NCBI GenBank assembly: GCA_965207885.1
Contig: OZ242311.1
Span: forward strand, 672,001 to 736,000
Origin: Candidatus Latescibacterota bacterium
Lineage (GTDB): Bacteria; Latescibacterota; UBA2968
DNA: 64,000 nt
Direction: 5' to 3'
The notes beneath the pieces were generated by a model. That model searched no databases and had not been told where the DNA came from. It saw only the letters and a program-made list of their open reading frames with translations. Shown here one piece after another: positions 41,743 through 51,373 of this stretch; position 1 is the stretch's first letter; every line of letters begins with the position of its first letter. Made by a program: the position numbers and the translations under genes.

Positions 41743-42196
41743 TAGCCCGTCGTATATTTAAGGTGGAGCAGTTCCCATGAACCAAACATCAAACAAAACA
41801 GAAGGGGTATTATTTTTTCCTAACGCATGGATCCTCAACGCGATTGTGAGGATGTTGTATTGGTGTGTGTTAGGCTGTTTTTGGAAGGAGGTACTAGAAT
41901 AAAATGCCGAGTTCATAAGTTGTTACGTAAATTGTTGTTTTTTAGAGGAATTTAAAGATATGAAAACAAGTTCGTTGAAGGGAGGGATATAAATTTGGAA
42001 TTGAGAAGTGCTTCTCCGTTGCTCCGCAAAGGTCGCGGCCCTCACCCTGTTCTGGGGTCCGGTCTCAAACAACACGAGGGACAGCGCGAGAATGTAGGGG
42101 CAATCCCTTGTGGTTGCCCGCAGTTTCGCAGTAGATTTAAGATGTTCGTAAATAATCAGTTATTCGATCCTGACTTTTTTTTAGGAGGTCGATAGG

Positions 42197-45100
42197 ATGA
42201 ATTTTCACAAAACAATTGGCTTTTTGGCGACTCTTTTGCTGACACTCGGCATCGGAGTGCCAGATAGTTTTGCACAAACCCCAACTGTAGATTCGGTCAC
42301 GCTTACGATAACAACACCGGATCCTGCGACGATTCTTGACACGGCTGACCGCACGCTTGTAACATTGTCAGCGAACGTCTCTCTGAGCGCTGCTCTTGCG
42401 GCTGAGGCTGAGGCTATGACCGTGACATTGACCCTGGTAGATTCGACCGCAACCAGTGTTAAACCGGCGGCAAATCGGGCAGAGGCTTCGGATTATACAC
42501 TCTCTCCCGATATTTTTGGGACGACGATAGATGTGATCGTTGCACCTGGCTCAGATTCTGGTACGGCTGCGATGACAACCTTTTTAATTGATCCGAATAC
42601 CGATATAGATGATATGCACGAAAACTTGGCCATAGGTGCTGCGGTTGGTGATGAAGGTGATGCGGTGACAATTCAGATCACCGATACAGATAATCCTGTA
42701 GAGTCGGTCACGCTTACGATAACAACACCGGATCCTGCGACGATTCTTGACACGGCTGACCGCACTACTATTACATTGTCAGCGAACGTCTCTATGCGCA
42801 GTGCTGTTACTGAAGCTATGACCGTGACATTGACCCTCGTAGATTCGACCGCAACCAGTGTTAAACCGGCAAATACGCGGGCAGAGGCTTCGGATTATAC
42901 AATTTCTCCCGATATTTTTGGGACGACGATAGATGTGATCCTTGCAGATACCGAATCTGAAGCTGCTACGGCTGTGACGACAACCTTTTTAATTGATCCG
43001 CATACCGATACAGATACGATGCACGACCACCTGGCCATAGGTGCTGGGATTGGTAGTGTAGGTGATGCGGTGACAATTCAGATCACCGATACAGATAATC
43101 CTGTAGAGTCGGTCACGCTTACGATAACAACACCGGATCCTGCGACGATTCTTGACACGGCTGACCGCACTGCTGTGACAATGACAGCGAACGTCTCTAT
43201 GCGCAGTGCTGTTACTGAAGCTATGACCGTGACATTGACCCTGGTAGATTCGACCGCAACCAGTGTTAAACCGGCGGCAAATCGGGCAGAGGCTTCGGAT
43301 TATACACTTTCTCCCGATATTTTTGAGACGACGGTAGATGTGATCCTTGCAGAGACCGAATCTGAAGCTGCTACGGCTGTGCCGATACTCTTTTTCTTTG
43401 ATCCGAATACCGATACAGATACGATGCACGACCACCTGGCCATAGGTGCTGGGATTGGTAGTGTAGGTGATGCGGTGACAATTCAGATCACCGATACAGA
43501 TAATCCTGTAACGGAGGTCAGTCTTCAGATAACAGTTCCGGATGCGGATAGCGACACGGCGACGGAGGAGTTTGATGACACTGCTCCTCGCACGCTTGTG
43601 ACATTGTCAGCGAACGTCACGATGCGCAATGCTCTTGCGGCTGATGCTGAGGCTATGACCGTGACTTTGACCCTCGTAGATTCGACCGCAACCAGTGTTA
43701 AACCGGCGGCAGATCGGGCAGTGGCTTCGGATTATACACTTTCTCCCGATATTTTTGGGACGACGATAGATGTGATCGTTGCACCTGGCTCAGATTCTGG
43801 TACGGCTGTGACGGAAACCGTTTTCTTTGAGCCGAATGTCGATTCAGATAATAAGGACGAAACGCTAGCCATAGGTGCTGGGGTTGGTCGTGTAGGTGAT
43901 GCGGTGACAATTGTGATCGACGATACACAGGAAGAAACTGGTGAGATAACAAGTGTCGAGTTATCTCCTGCTGCGCTTTCTGTTAATGAAGGGGAAACAC
44001 TGACTGCGACAGTAACCGTGAAGGTCAATGCGGTAGCAGGAACGGCTCAGACTGTGGATGTGACATTGTCTGTTGATAGTGGTGACCTCGCAGCTCTTGG
44101 TATTACCTCCGCAACAGTCCCTGTGACTATTGACAACAGAAAAACATCTGGCATGGCAATGGTACCCATTGAGTACATGGCACCGGAAGACGACACTAAT
44201 ACTATCGACGAAATGATTACCATAACAGGTATGGCTGGTACGGTTGGAGGAGACGATAATACCTCGACAATCACCGCCATGGATAATGATGAAGCTATGG
44301 TAACAAGTGTCGCGTTATCTCCTGCTACGCTTTCCGTTGCTGAAGGGGTTACACTGGCTACAACAGTAACCGTGACGGTCAATATGGATTTGTCGAGAGA
44401 TGTTGAGAGTCAACAGGATGTGACATTGTCTGTTGATAGTGGTGACCTCGCAGCTCTTGGTATTGCCTCCGCAACAGTCCCTGTGACTATTCCGGCCGAC
44501 CAAACATCTGGCATGGCAATGGTACCCATTGAGTACATGGCACCGGAAGACGATAATAGTGTCAGCGAAATGATTACCATAACAGGTATGGTTGGTATGG
44601 TTGGGGGAGACGCTAATACCACGACAATCACCGCCATGGATAATGAGACACTTGCATTAGCAAGTGTCGAGTTATCTCTTGCTCCTGTTGCTGGTGGGAC
44701 CTTGGATGATACTGCTGGTAATACTGCTTTTAGACTAACAGCGAATGTCAATATGACAGGTCCTGCTGCTGCTGCTGCTGATCACGTTATAACCTTGTCG
44801 TTGGATGATACTCATATGAGTGATTTTACACTCGCTAACCTGGGTATAACACAGCTTACAGTGAATGTTGCCGCTGGAGCGTCCGCAGGCACAGCAGTGA
44901 CACATGACTTTCTTTACGATCCACAGGAAGACGCCGATGCTACAGACGAAGTGATAGCAATTAAAGGTATGTCTGGTGGCATGGAAGCTGTTGGGTCCTT
45001 TACTATAACCGATACGGATATCGGTGTAGCCGGTGTCACGCTCACGCTTACTCGTGCTGATGGTAGCACCGCCCAGTTGTCTGACACGGCTGGTCCTACT

Positions 45101-48100
45101 ACGCTTAGACTAACAGCGAATGTTACCGCGGATGAGATGGCTCCTGCTGGCGGTCTTGATTTCGTTGTGGACTTGTCGTTGGCTGATACTCATATGAGTG
45201 GTCTTACACTCGCTGACCTGGGTATAACCAATAACCAGCTTACAGTGAATGTTGCCGCTGGAATGACCGCGGGCACAGCAATGACAAAGGATTTTGTTTT
45301 CGATCCACAGGAAGACGCCGATGCTGCAGACGAAGTGATAGCAATTAAAGGTATGTCTGGTGGCATGGAAGCTGTTGGGTCCCTTACTATAAAAGATACT
45401 GGCGCGGCTGCAGCTGGTGCAGTAGCCAGTGTCGGGTTATCTCCTGCTATGCTTTCCGTGGATGAAGGGAGTTCACTTGCTGATGGGACGATGATAACCG
45501 TGACGGTCAATGTGGCTGCAGGAGCCGCTACTTCCCATTCTGTGGATTTGACTGCTATGGGTGCTGACCTTATGGATCTTGGTCTTCCCGCCTCAGTCAT
45601 GGTGGATGTTATGCAAAATGCAACATCTGGCACGGCGATGGTACCCATTGAGTACATGGCAGCGGAAGACGATGATAATACTGTCAGTGAAATGATTACC
45701 ATAACAGGTATGGTTGGTACGGTTGGGGGAACCGCTAATACCGTGACAATCACCGCAGTAGATAATGATATGAGTTCAGTAACAAGTGTCGTGTTATCTG
45801 CTGATCCTGAGATGCTTTCCGCGATGGAAGAAGGGACGCCACTCTCTACGACAGTAACCGTGACGGTCTTGGTGGATTTGGCGCCGGCAGCCGATGCTAC
45901 CCATGATGTGGTCTTGACTTCTATGGGTGCTACCCTCGCTGAGCTTGGTGTTACCTCCCCAGTCAGTGTGATGGTTAATGCAGGCGACAAGACGGGCACG
46001 GCGGCGGTACCCGTTACCATAACAGGGGTAGCCGATGCTGATACTGACGACGAAACCATTACCTTAACAGGTACTTATGGGACATTCACCAGTACTGTGA
46101 CATTCACCGTGGTAGATGATGATAAAGGTGCTGTCTCAAGTGTCGCGTTATCTCCTTCTATGCTTTCCGCGACTGAAGGAATGCCACTCGCTACGACAGT
46201 AACCGTGACGGTCACTGTGGCTGCAGGATCTGGTGGTACCTATAACGTGAATTTGTCGAGTAGTCTTCCCACTGGTAGTATTGCTACGCCAGTCGCTGTT
46301 TCTGTTGCGAAAGATGCAACAACTGGCATGGCGGAGGTAGCGCTTAATTACACGCCGCCGCAAGATGATAATACTACCGACGAAATGATTACTATAACAG
46401 GTATGGTTGGTACGGTTGGATCAGACGATGGTAGTAATGTCGTGACAATCACCGTCGCAGATGATGATATGGGTGCTGTAACAGGTCTTATGTTATCTCC
46501 TGCTACGATTCCTTTGACTGAAGGGGTTGCATTCAGTGGGATGGTAACCGTGACAGTCAATGTAGAAGCGGGAGCCGCTTCTACCCATTCTGTGGCATTG
46601 TCGAGTAGTCTTCCTACTGGTAGTATTGCTACGCCAGTCGTTGTATCTGTTGATCAAGGCGCAACATCAGGCATGGCGGAGGTCGCGCTTAATTACACGC
46701 CACCGACAGACGCCGATGTTGACGACGAAGAGATTGTCATAACAGGTACGCTTGGGGACAAAATGGCGACCGTGACACTCAACGTAACAGATAATACTGC
46801 ATCTAAGGGGACGGTCAAGGTTACTACCAGTATGGAAAGCATCAGAGAGAACAGTCGCACGAGAAGTGTGGTTGTGACTGCGACGTTGCCTGCAGCACCG
46901 GGTGCAGGGAATACGGTGACGGTCAATGTCGTGGTAACCGGAGGTACGGCAGATGAGCCAGCTACGATTACAATAGCGGACGCTAATACCTCAGGCACAG
47001 CCACGGTGCGAATTACGCCAGTTAATGATGCGGTCTTTACGACCAGTGCATTCACAGTAACTGGTGGTGCTACTGGCTATAAAAGTGGCACGGCGATGAT
47101 TGATATCATCGATGATGATGCTTCTTTGGGTACGCTTTCGATCACTTCTGCTCCGCCCAGTGCGACACTAAGTGGTGGTGCTCAGGATTTGACGTTGACA
47201 GTGACGCTCTGGTTGGCAACGCCAGATACGCCGATTCCGCCTTCGTTGGTCGTGAATGTGGCTACCGACAAAGGAACGCTTGCGTCCAACACAGTGACAA
47301 TCACGAATACAAGGAAGCATCCTGACCACGATCCTGCCACCAGGCGGGCCGATGGCAACGCCAAGGTTGTCCTGTCTCTTGCTGCGGGTGATGTAAGTGC
47401 AGCAGGAAACATTACCGTGACTGCTTCGGCAGATATGTATGAGACGGGTACGCGCGAGATTCCCATAAGAGCGCGAGGCGCACTTGATATCGCTGGTTAT
47501 CGTGCTGTCATAGTCACGCCAACAGGGACTAATTGGGCGAACGTGGGCAATGATAAGGTCAAGGTTGATGTGACCCGCTACGGTGATGTGGCTTATCCCT
47601 GGACGGATTTTGAGAGCATTAAGGTTTCGGTGCGCGATACGGCTCATGCAGCTTTTGAACTCGAGCAAGTCACCGCATCTGGTTTTAACCGGGAAGATGG
47701 CGGATCCGTTACTTTCCTCGAACCGGCAAGTCCCAGTAGAGGTGACGTTATCTGGCGCGGCAATGACACGATCCGATTTGAGATCCGGATAAGAGGCTAC
47801 TCTGCCAGTCGAGATCCGGCGGACAATGGTCAATATCTGGGCGCGTATGCGCATGTTGAGTTCAAGTCTGGACAAGACACAGACGCGATCGAAACCAGGG
47901 ATGACGAGACATCGGTGTATGCTGCTAATCCCTCCCTTGTGGACGACGCGAAGGTCGGTGATGGCAGGCTTATAAGGATCGATAATCAGGTGCCTGCACA
48001 CTCTGGCGTTGCTGATATTGTGGTTACGTCAGGGGATGAAGTTGGCAGCGATATTGATGCTACCGTTGGCGATGAGATTCGCGTAGCTGTCGCGCTTAGC

Positions 48101-51100
48101 CAGACCAATCTTTTCCGGGAAACTGGTTTGCGGATTCAGCTCCAGATTGTTGATGGTTCGGGATCGGTGAACGGGCAAACACTCACTGCCGCACAGAGGA
48201 ATGCCCCGAGTAAGAACAAAGACTTTACCACTTCTCAGGTTATTGCTGCCGCCAACGATTCCTTGATTCACACCTATAAGGTAACTGAAGGCTTCTTCAC
48301 AATTACGCTCGACGATTTTGTAGAGGGTGTAGGAGCGAAAGGTTCCAAGGTTGATCTAAACAACGCGCAGGCGCGAGTTCGCGCAGGGGTAAGGGATCAG
48401 GCCGCCAACTTTAAATGGTTCGGGTGGACGACGTTTGACATAGATTCTCGTTTGCCGAGCGTTTCGATCCTGTATCCGTCTGCAGATCCCGACAGTATCT
48501 ATGCCCATACGCATCCTCTGCGCTTTACAGGTAATGTGGAGGATATTGAGCAGGGCCAGAACGTAGATGCGCATCTCAATCCTCTGGCAATCCTGGTGGA
48601 TGAAGACCTTTCAAAGCTCGAAGTCTTTGCAGTCGGCGCGGATACCCTGAATATCACTGGTCAAATGCCCAGCGATGCTATAGGGGACTCGATGGCTGTT
48701 TATGACACGAGTGATCTCAGTTCTCCGAAGAAAGACGGGGAAGGCGATGATGATAAATATCCGGGCGCCTTCGTACCATCGAGCGCGAATAGGGCCGGTA
48801 CAGCGATAGATCTGGTTGTTTTGGCGACCGATGAGTTGGGTAACGTAAACTCAGCGAAGATTTCTGGTGTTACGCACGATGCATCACCGCCAGAGATTAC
48901 GGAGTGGTTCCCCAAGAACCGTCTGCTCCCGGAGGACCAGATTAACGATGAGACACCGCCGATCTTTACGGTGCCGGAAGACGTGGATTCGATTGCCGTT
49001 ACGTTTGAAGGTTCAAATGGATCCGATGTCACCAAGCAACGTGGTGAGGCGGCAAAGGGTGAACATAGCATTGATTTCTCTGGTGCGTTAGTGGATGAGG
49101 TGTTGTATGATATGACGATATTTGCCCGCGATCTCGCGGGGAATGTTTTCATCACGCCTGCTGATTCCTCTGCGAGTATGCGATTTAACGCGCAGTTCGA
49201 TAATCCGGTGGCGAACAGGTACAATATCTCTACTGGGACTGACTCTGTGATTGCTGGTCAGGCAAATATCCTGACGATTCAGGCTGAAGATCACGATGCT
49301 GGGTCTGATACGGCTCGCAATGCGCTGACGTATAAGAACGCGGCTCGTATCAGTGCCTGGGATGCGTCGGGCGGTGCTGCCGAGTCCGTGTGGTTTGTAG
49401 GCGCGGGCGTGACAGATGATGCCGATAATCCCGATGGCGTGGCTATGCTGAATGCTGCTGATTGGAGTATTGGTAAGCGCACAGTTGAGGTCAAGTCGAA
49501 CAAGGCTGTTGGTTCCATTAAAATTCTGGTCCAACACATGAGTGCTGGAGTTGTGGGATTCGAGAGCGCCAAAGAGGGTCTCTACGTTGGTGCTGCCGAC
49601 TTTGCCGCGTTTGAAATAACCGCCTGGGAAGAAGGCGTCGAAGGCGCTGCTGAGGAGATTTGGGGCGATTACACCCTCCGGGTGGTCCCGACCGATAGGC
49701 ACGGCAATCCTTCGGTGAGAGCCTTTAAGGCAGATCCAGCCGGTGATGATGCAGACTCCCTGGATGTGCTGGATACCCGAGCGGGAGACAATGCCTTCGA
49801 GTATAAGGATGGCATTGATGTCGAGATTGTTGGCGTTCCCACGATCGAAGACTTTGCTCTGTTGATCTTGAGTGTCGAGAAGGAAGGTGCTTCTTATGAT
49901 CTCGTAGCACCTGCCGATAGACGCAGTCAGACGGTCCAGGTCAGGGTAGTGAATGGGTCCTTGAAAGAGGGCGATACCCGAAGCCAGAACGTCAGAAGTT
50001 CTGCGAGGTTCGTCATTTCTGAGCCTTTGACACCTGTGCTTACGGTCTGGGTGGAAGGTATGGAAGGCGATCAGGCGGGTAATGATGTTGTGGTTCCCGC
50101 TACGGTAACGGTCGCAGCCGAAGGCTATAATGCTGGTGACATGGTTACCTTTACCCAGAACGGTCAGACTGTAGGGACCCTTCGAGCAAATGACGAAGGC
50201 GTTGCCAAGGCGCCGCCGATTACCGTGAATATGGCAGGCATGGCGGTAGTGTCGGCTACGAATGGTCGGTATGCGACGGACGCGCTTACCATCACGTTTG
50301 TCGATGCACCTGCTGAGCCAGCGCGCAAGAGCTATGCCGACGCAAACGGCGATCCGGTTTATCTCATCTATACAGGGGATGCTGCGCCAGATATGACAGT
50401 TGGCGTGAATGACTTCCTCGCTCTGGTTGCTGCGTTTATGAGCTCGATGGGTGATGATAATTACAATGCTCTGGCTGATGTCAATGACGATGGCACTGTT
50501 GATGTCGCTGACTTCCTCGAGTTTCTCACATCCTGGGGCAGGACAGCTGCTGGTCCTGCGACGAAGCCTCTCGTTTTGCTTCCCGGCATAAACGAGAATG
50601 CCGAGTTCTCGCTGAGTCTGGGTAGTGAGCGCGTGATCGCTGGCGAGCTGGTGGTTGTCGATGTGTCGCTTGCCAATGTCGCTGCTCTGGTCGGTTATGG
50701 GTTCGCGCTCAATTACGAGACCGATAAGTTCGAGTTCGTGAGTGTGGCGCCTGCCGATGAAGATTTGCTCAAGTCAACAGGTGGTGAGACGCTGTTCCAT
50801 CACGTTGTTGCCGACGGTCAGGTTACCGTTGCCAATGGTTTGTTTAATGGCACGGCGGTTTCCGGCGGTGGCGATGTGGTTCAGTTTGTCTTCCGCGTGT
50901 TGCGCGAGTTTGAGGATAACGCCAGGTTTGAAGTTGCCGACGGTCTGGTCTTTGATCCAGGTCAACTTTCCAACCCGGCGGTGGTCGCGGGTGTGTTGGA
51001 ATTGCAGAGCACACCCAGAGAGTTCGCTTTGCACCAGAACTTCCCCAATCCATTTAACCCGGATACGACCATTAAGTACGATTTGGCCGAGTCCGCTGAC

Positions 51101-51301
51101 GTGACGCTCCAGATTTACAATGTGTTGGGTCAGGTGATTCGGACGCTGGTCGCTTCCGAGGCGCAGAATGCGGGTCGCTATCAGATTCGCTGGAACGGGA
51201 TGGATGATCGCGGTGTGCCGGTTTCGAGTGGAATTTACTTCTACCAGATTTCGGCAGACGGGAAGTTCAGTGATGTGCGGAAGCTGATGCTGCTCAAGTA
51301 A
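42197..51301 (+). CDS. Giant secreted surface protein (3034 aa): Calx-beta/Ig-like repeats, dockerin/EF-hand-like, cohesin-like, FlgD-Ig/T9SS type A-like CTD
   Basis: AGGAGG RBS; signal peptide; Thr/Asp-rich repeats; ADVNDDGTVDVADF; LHQNFPNPFNP...SSGIYFY...RKLMLLK. Confidence 0.88.
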   Translation: MNFHKTIGFLATLLLTLGIGVPDSFAQTPTVDSVTLTITTPDPATILDTADRTLVTLSANVSLSAALAAEAEAMTVTLTLVDSTATSVKPAANRAEASDYTLSPDIFGTTIDVIVAPGSDSGTAAMTTFLIDPNTDIDDMHENLAIGAAVGDEGDAVTIQITDTDNPVESVTLTITTPDPATILDTADRTTITLSANVSMRSAVTEAMTVTLTLVDSTATSVKPANTRAEASDYTISPDIFGTTIDVILADTESEAATAVTTTFLIDPHTDTDTMHDHLAIGAGIGSVGDAVTIQITDTDNPVESVTLTITTPDPATILDTADRTAVTMTANVSMRSAVTEAMTVTLTLVDSTATSVKPAANRAEASDYTLSPDIFETTVDVILAETESEAATAVPILFFFDPNTDTDTMHDHLAIGAGIGSVGDAVTIQITDTDNPVTEVSLQITVPDADSDTATEEFDDTAPRTLVTLSANVTMRNALAADAEAMTVTLTLVDSTATSVKPAADRAVASDYTLSPDIFGTTIDVIVAPGSDSGTAVTETVFFEPNVDSDNKDETLAIGAGVGRVGDAVTIVIDDTQEETGEITSVELSPAALSVNEGETLTATVTVKVNAVAGTAQTVDVTLSVDSGDLAALGITSATVPVTIDNRKTSGMAMVPIEYMAPEDDTNTIDEMITITGMAGTVGGDDNTSTITAMDNDEAMVTSVALSPATLSVAEGVTLATTVTVTVNMDLSRDVESQQDVTLSVDSGDLAALGIASATVPVTIPADQTSGMAMVPIEYMAPEDDNSVSEMITITGMVGMVGGDANTTTITAMDNETLALASVELSLAPVAGGTLDDTAGNTAFRLTANVNMTGPAAAAADHVITLSLDDTHMSDFTLANLGITQLTVNVAAGASAGTAVTHDFLYDPQEDADATDEVIAIKGMSGGMEAVGSFTITDTDIGVAGVTLTLTRADGSTAQLSDTAGPTTLRLTANVTADEMAPAGGLDFVVDLSLADTHMSGLTLADLGITNNQLTVNVAAGMTAGTAMTKDFVFDPQEDADAADEVIAIKGMSGGMEAVGSLTIKDTGAAAAGAVASVGLSPAMLSVDEGSSLADGTMITVTVNVAAGAATSHSVDLTAMGADLMDLGLPASVMVDVMQNATSGTAMVPIEYMAAEDDDNTVSEMITITGMVGTVGGTANTVTITAVDNDMSSVTSVVLSADPEMLSAMEEGTPLSTTVTVTVLVDLAPAADATHDVVLTSMGATLAELGVTSPVSVMVNAGDKTGTAAVPVTITGVADADTDDETITLTGTYGTFTSTVTFTVVDDDKGAVSSVALSPSMLSATEGMPLATTVTVTVTVAAGSGGTYNVNLSSSLPTGSIATPVAVSVAKDATTGMAEVALNYTPPQDDNTTDEMITITGMVGTVGSDDGSNVVTITVADDDMGAVTGLMLSPATIPLTEGVAFSGMVTVTVNVEAGAASTHSVALSSSLPTGSIATPVVVSVDQGATSGMAEVALNYTPPTDADVDDEEIVITGTLGDKMATVTLNVTDNTASKGTVKVTTSMESIRENSRTRSVVVTATLPAAPGAGNTVTVNVVVTGGTADEPATITIADANTSGTATVRITPVNDAVFTTSAFTVTGGATGYKSGTAMIDIIDDDASLGTLSITSAPPSATLSGGAQDLTLTVTLWLATPDTPIPPSLVVNVATDKGTLASNTVTITNTRKHPDHDPATRRADGNAKVVLSLAAGDVSAAGNITVTASADMYETGTREIPIRARGALDIAGYRAVIVTPTGTNWANVGNDKVKVDVTRYGDVAYPWTDFESIKVSVRDTAHAAFELEQVTASGFNREDGGSVTFLEPASPSRGDVIWRGNDTIRFEIRIRGYSASRDPADNGQYLGAYAHVEFKSGQDTDAIETRDDETSVYAANPSLVDDAKVGDGRLIRIDNQVPAHSGVADIVVTSGDEVGSDIDATVGDEIRVAVALSQTNLFRETGLRIQLQIVDGSGSVNGQTLTAAQRNAPSKNKDFTTSQVIAAANDSLIHTYKVTEGFFTITLDDFVEGVGAKGSKVDLNNAQARVRAGVRDQAANFKWFGWTTFDIDSRLPSVSILYPSADPDSIYAHTHPLRFTGNVEDIEQGQNVDAHLNPLAILVDEDLSKLEVFAVGADTLNITGQMPSDAIGDSMAVYDTSDLSSPKKDGEGDDDKYPGAFVPSSANRAGTAIDLVVLATDELGNVNSAKISGVTHDASPPEITEWFPKNRLLPEDQINDETPPIFTVPEDVDSIAVTFEGSNGSDVTKQRGEAAKGEHSIDFSGALVDEVLYDMTIFARDLAGNVFITPADSSASMRFNAQFDNPVANRYNISTGTDSVIAGQANILTIQAEDHDAGSDTARNALTYKNAARISAWDASGGAAESVWFVGAGVTDDADNPDGVAMLNAADWSIGKRTVEVKSNKAVGSIKILVQHMSAGVVGFESAKEGLYVGAADFAAFEITAWEEGVEGAAEEIWGDYTLRVVPTDRHGNPSVRAFKADPAGDDADSLDVLDTRAGDNAFEYKDGIDVEIVGVPTIEDFALLILSVEKEGASYDLVAPADRRSQTVQVRVVNGSLKEGDTRSQNVRSSARFVISEPLTPVLTVWVEGMEGDQAGNDVVVPATVTVAAEGYNAGDMVTFTQNGQTVGTLRANDEGVAKAPPITVNMAGMAVVSATNGRYATDALTITFVDAPAEPARKSYADANGDPVYLIYTGDAAPDMTVGVNDFLALVAAFMSSMGDDNYNALADVNDDGTVDVADFLEFLTSWGRTAAGPATKPLVLLPGINENAEFSLSLGSERVIAGELVVVDVSLANVAALVGYGFALNYETDKFEFVSVAPADEDLLKSTGGETLFHHVVADGQVTVANGLFNGTAVSGGGDVVQFVFRVLREFEDNARFEVADGLVFDPGQLSNPAVVAGVLELQSTPREFALHQNFPNPFNPDTTIKYDLAESADVTLQIYNVLGQVIRTLVASEAQNAGRYQIRWNGMDDRGVPVSSGIYFYQISADGKFSDVRKLMLLK
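42287..43930 (+). repeat. Four tandem 405-411 bp coding repeats
   Basis: Units start at 42287, 42698, 43103, 43508; long stretches identical at DNA level. Confidence 0.9.
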
Positions 51302-51308
51302 TTCGCCG

Positions 51309-51355
51309 ATGGATGGGGAAGTCTTCCAATTGAGGGGGCTTCCCTGTCCATTTTT
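51309..51355 (+). terminator. Imperfect stem-loop with T-tract between first and second surface protein genes
   Basis: ATGGATGGGGAAGTCTTC...GGGGGCTTCCCTGTCCAT-TTTT. Confidence 0.55.
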
Positions 51356-51373
51356 CAACTATAGGAGTTTGTA

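Noticed and set aside
41995-42195. 66-aa leader ORF before the giant gene
   Set aside because: TTG start, includes a REP-like hairpin, no motif; not supportable.
42287-46800. Diversity-generating retroelement TR/VR pair
   Set aside because: Differences are not adenine-specific and no reverse transcriptase is present.
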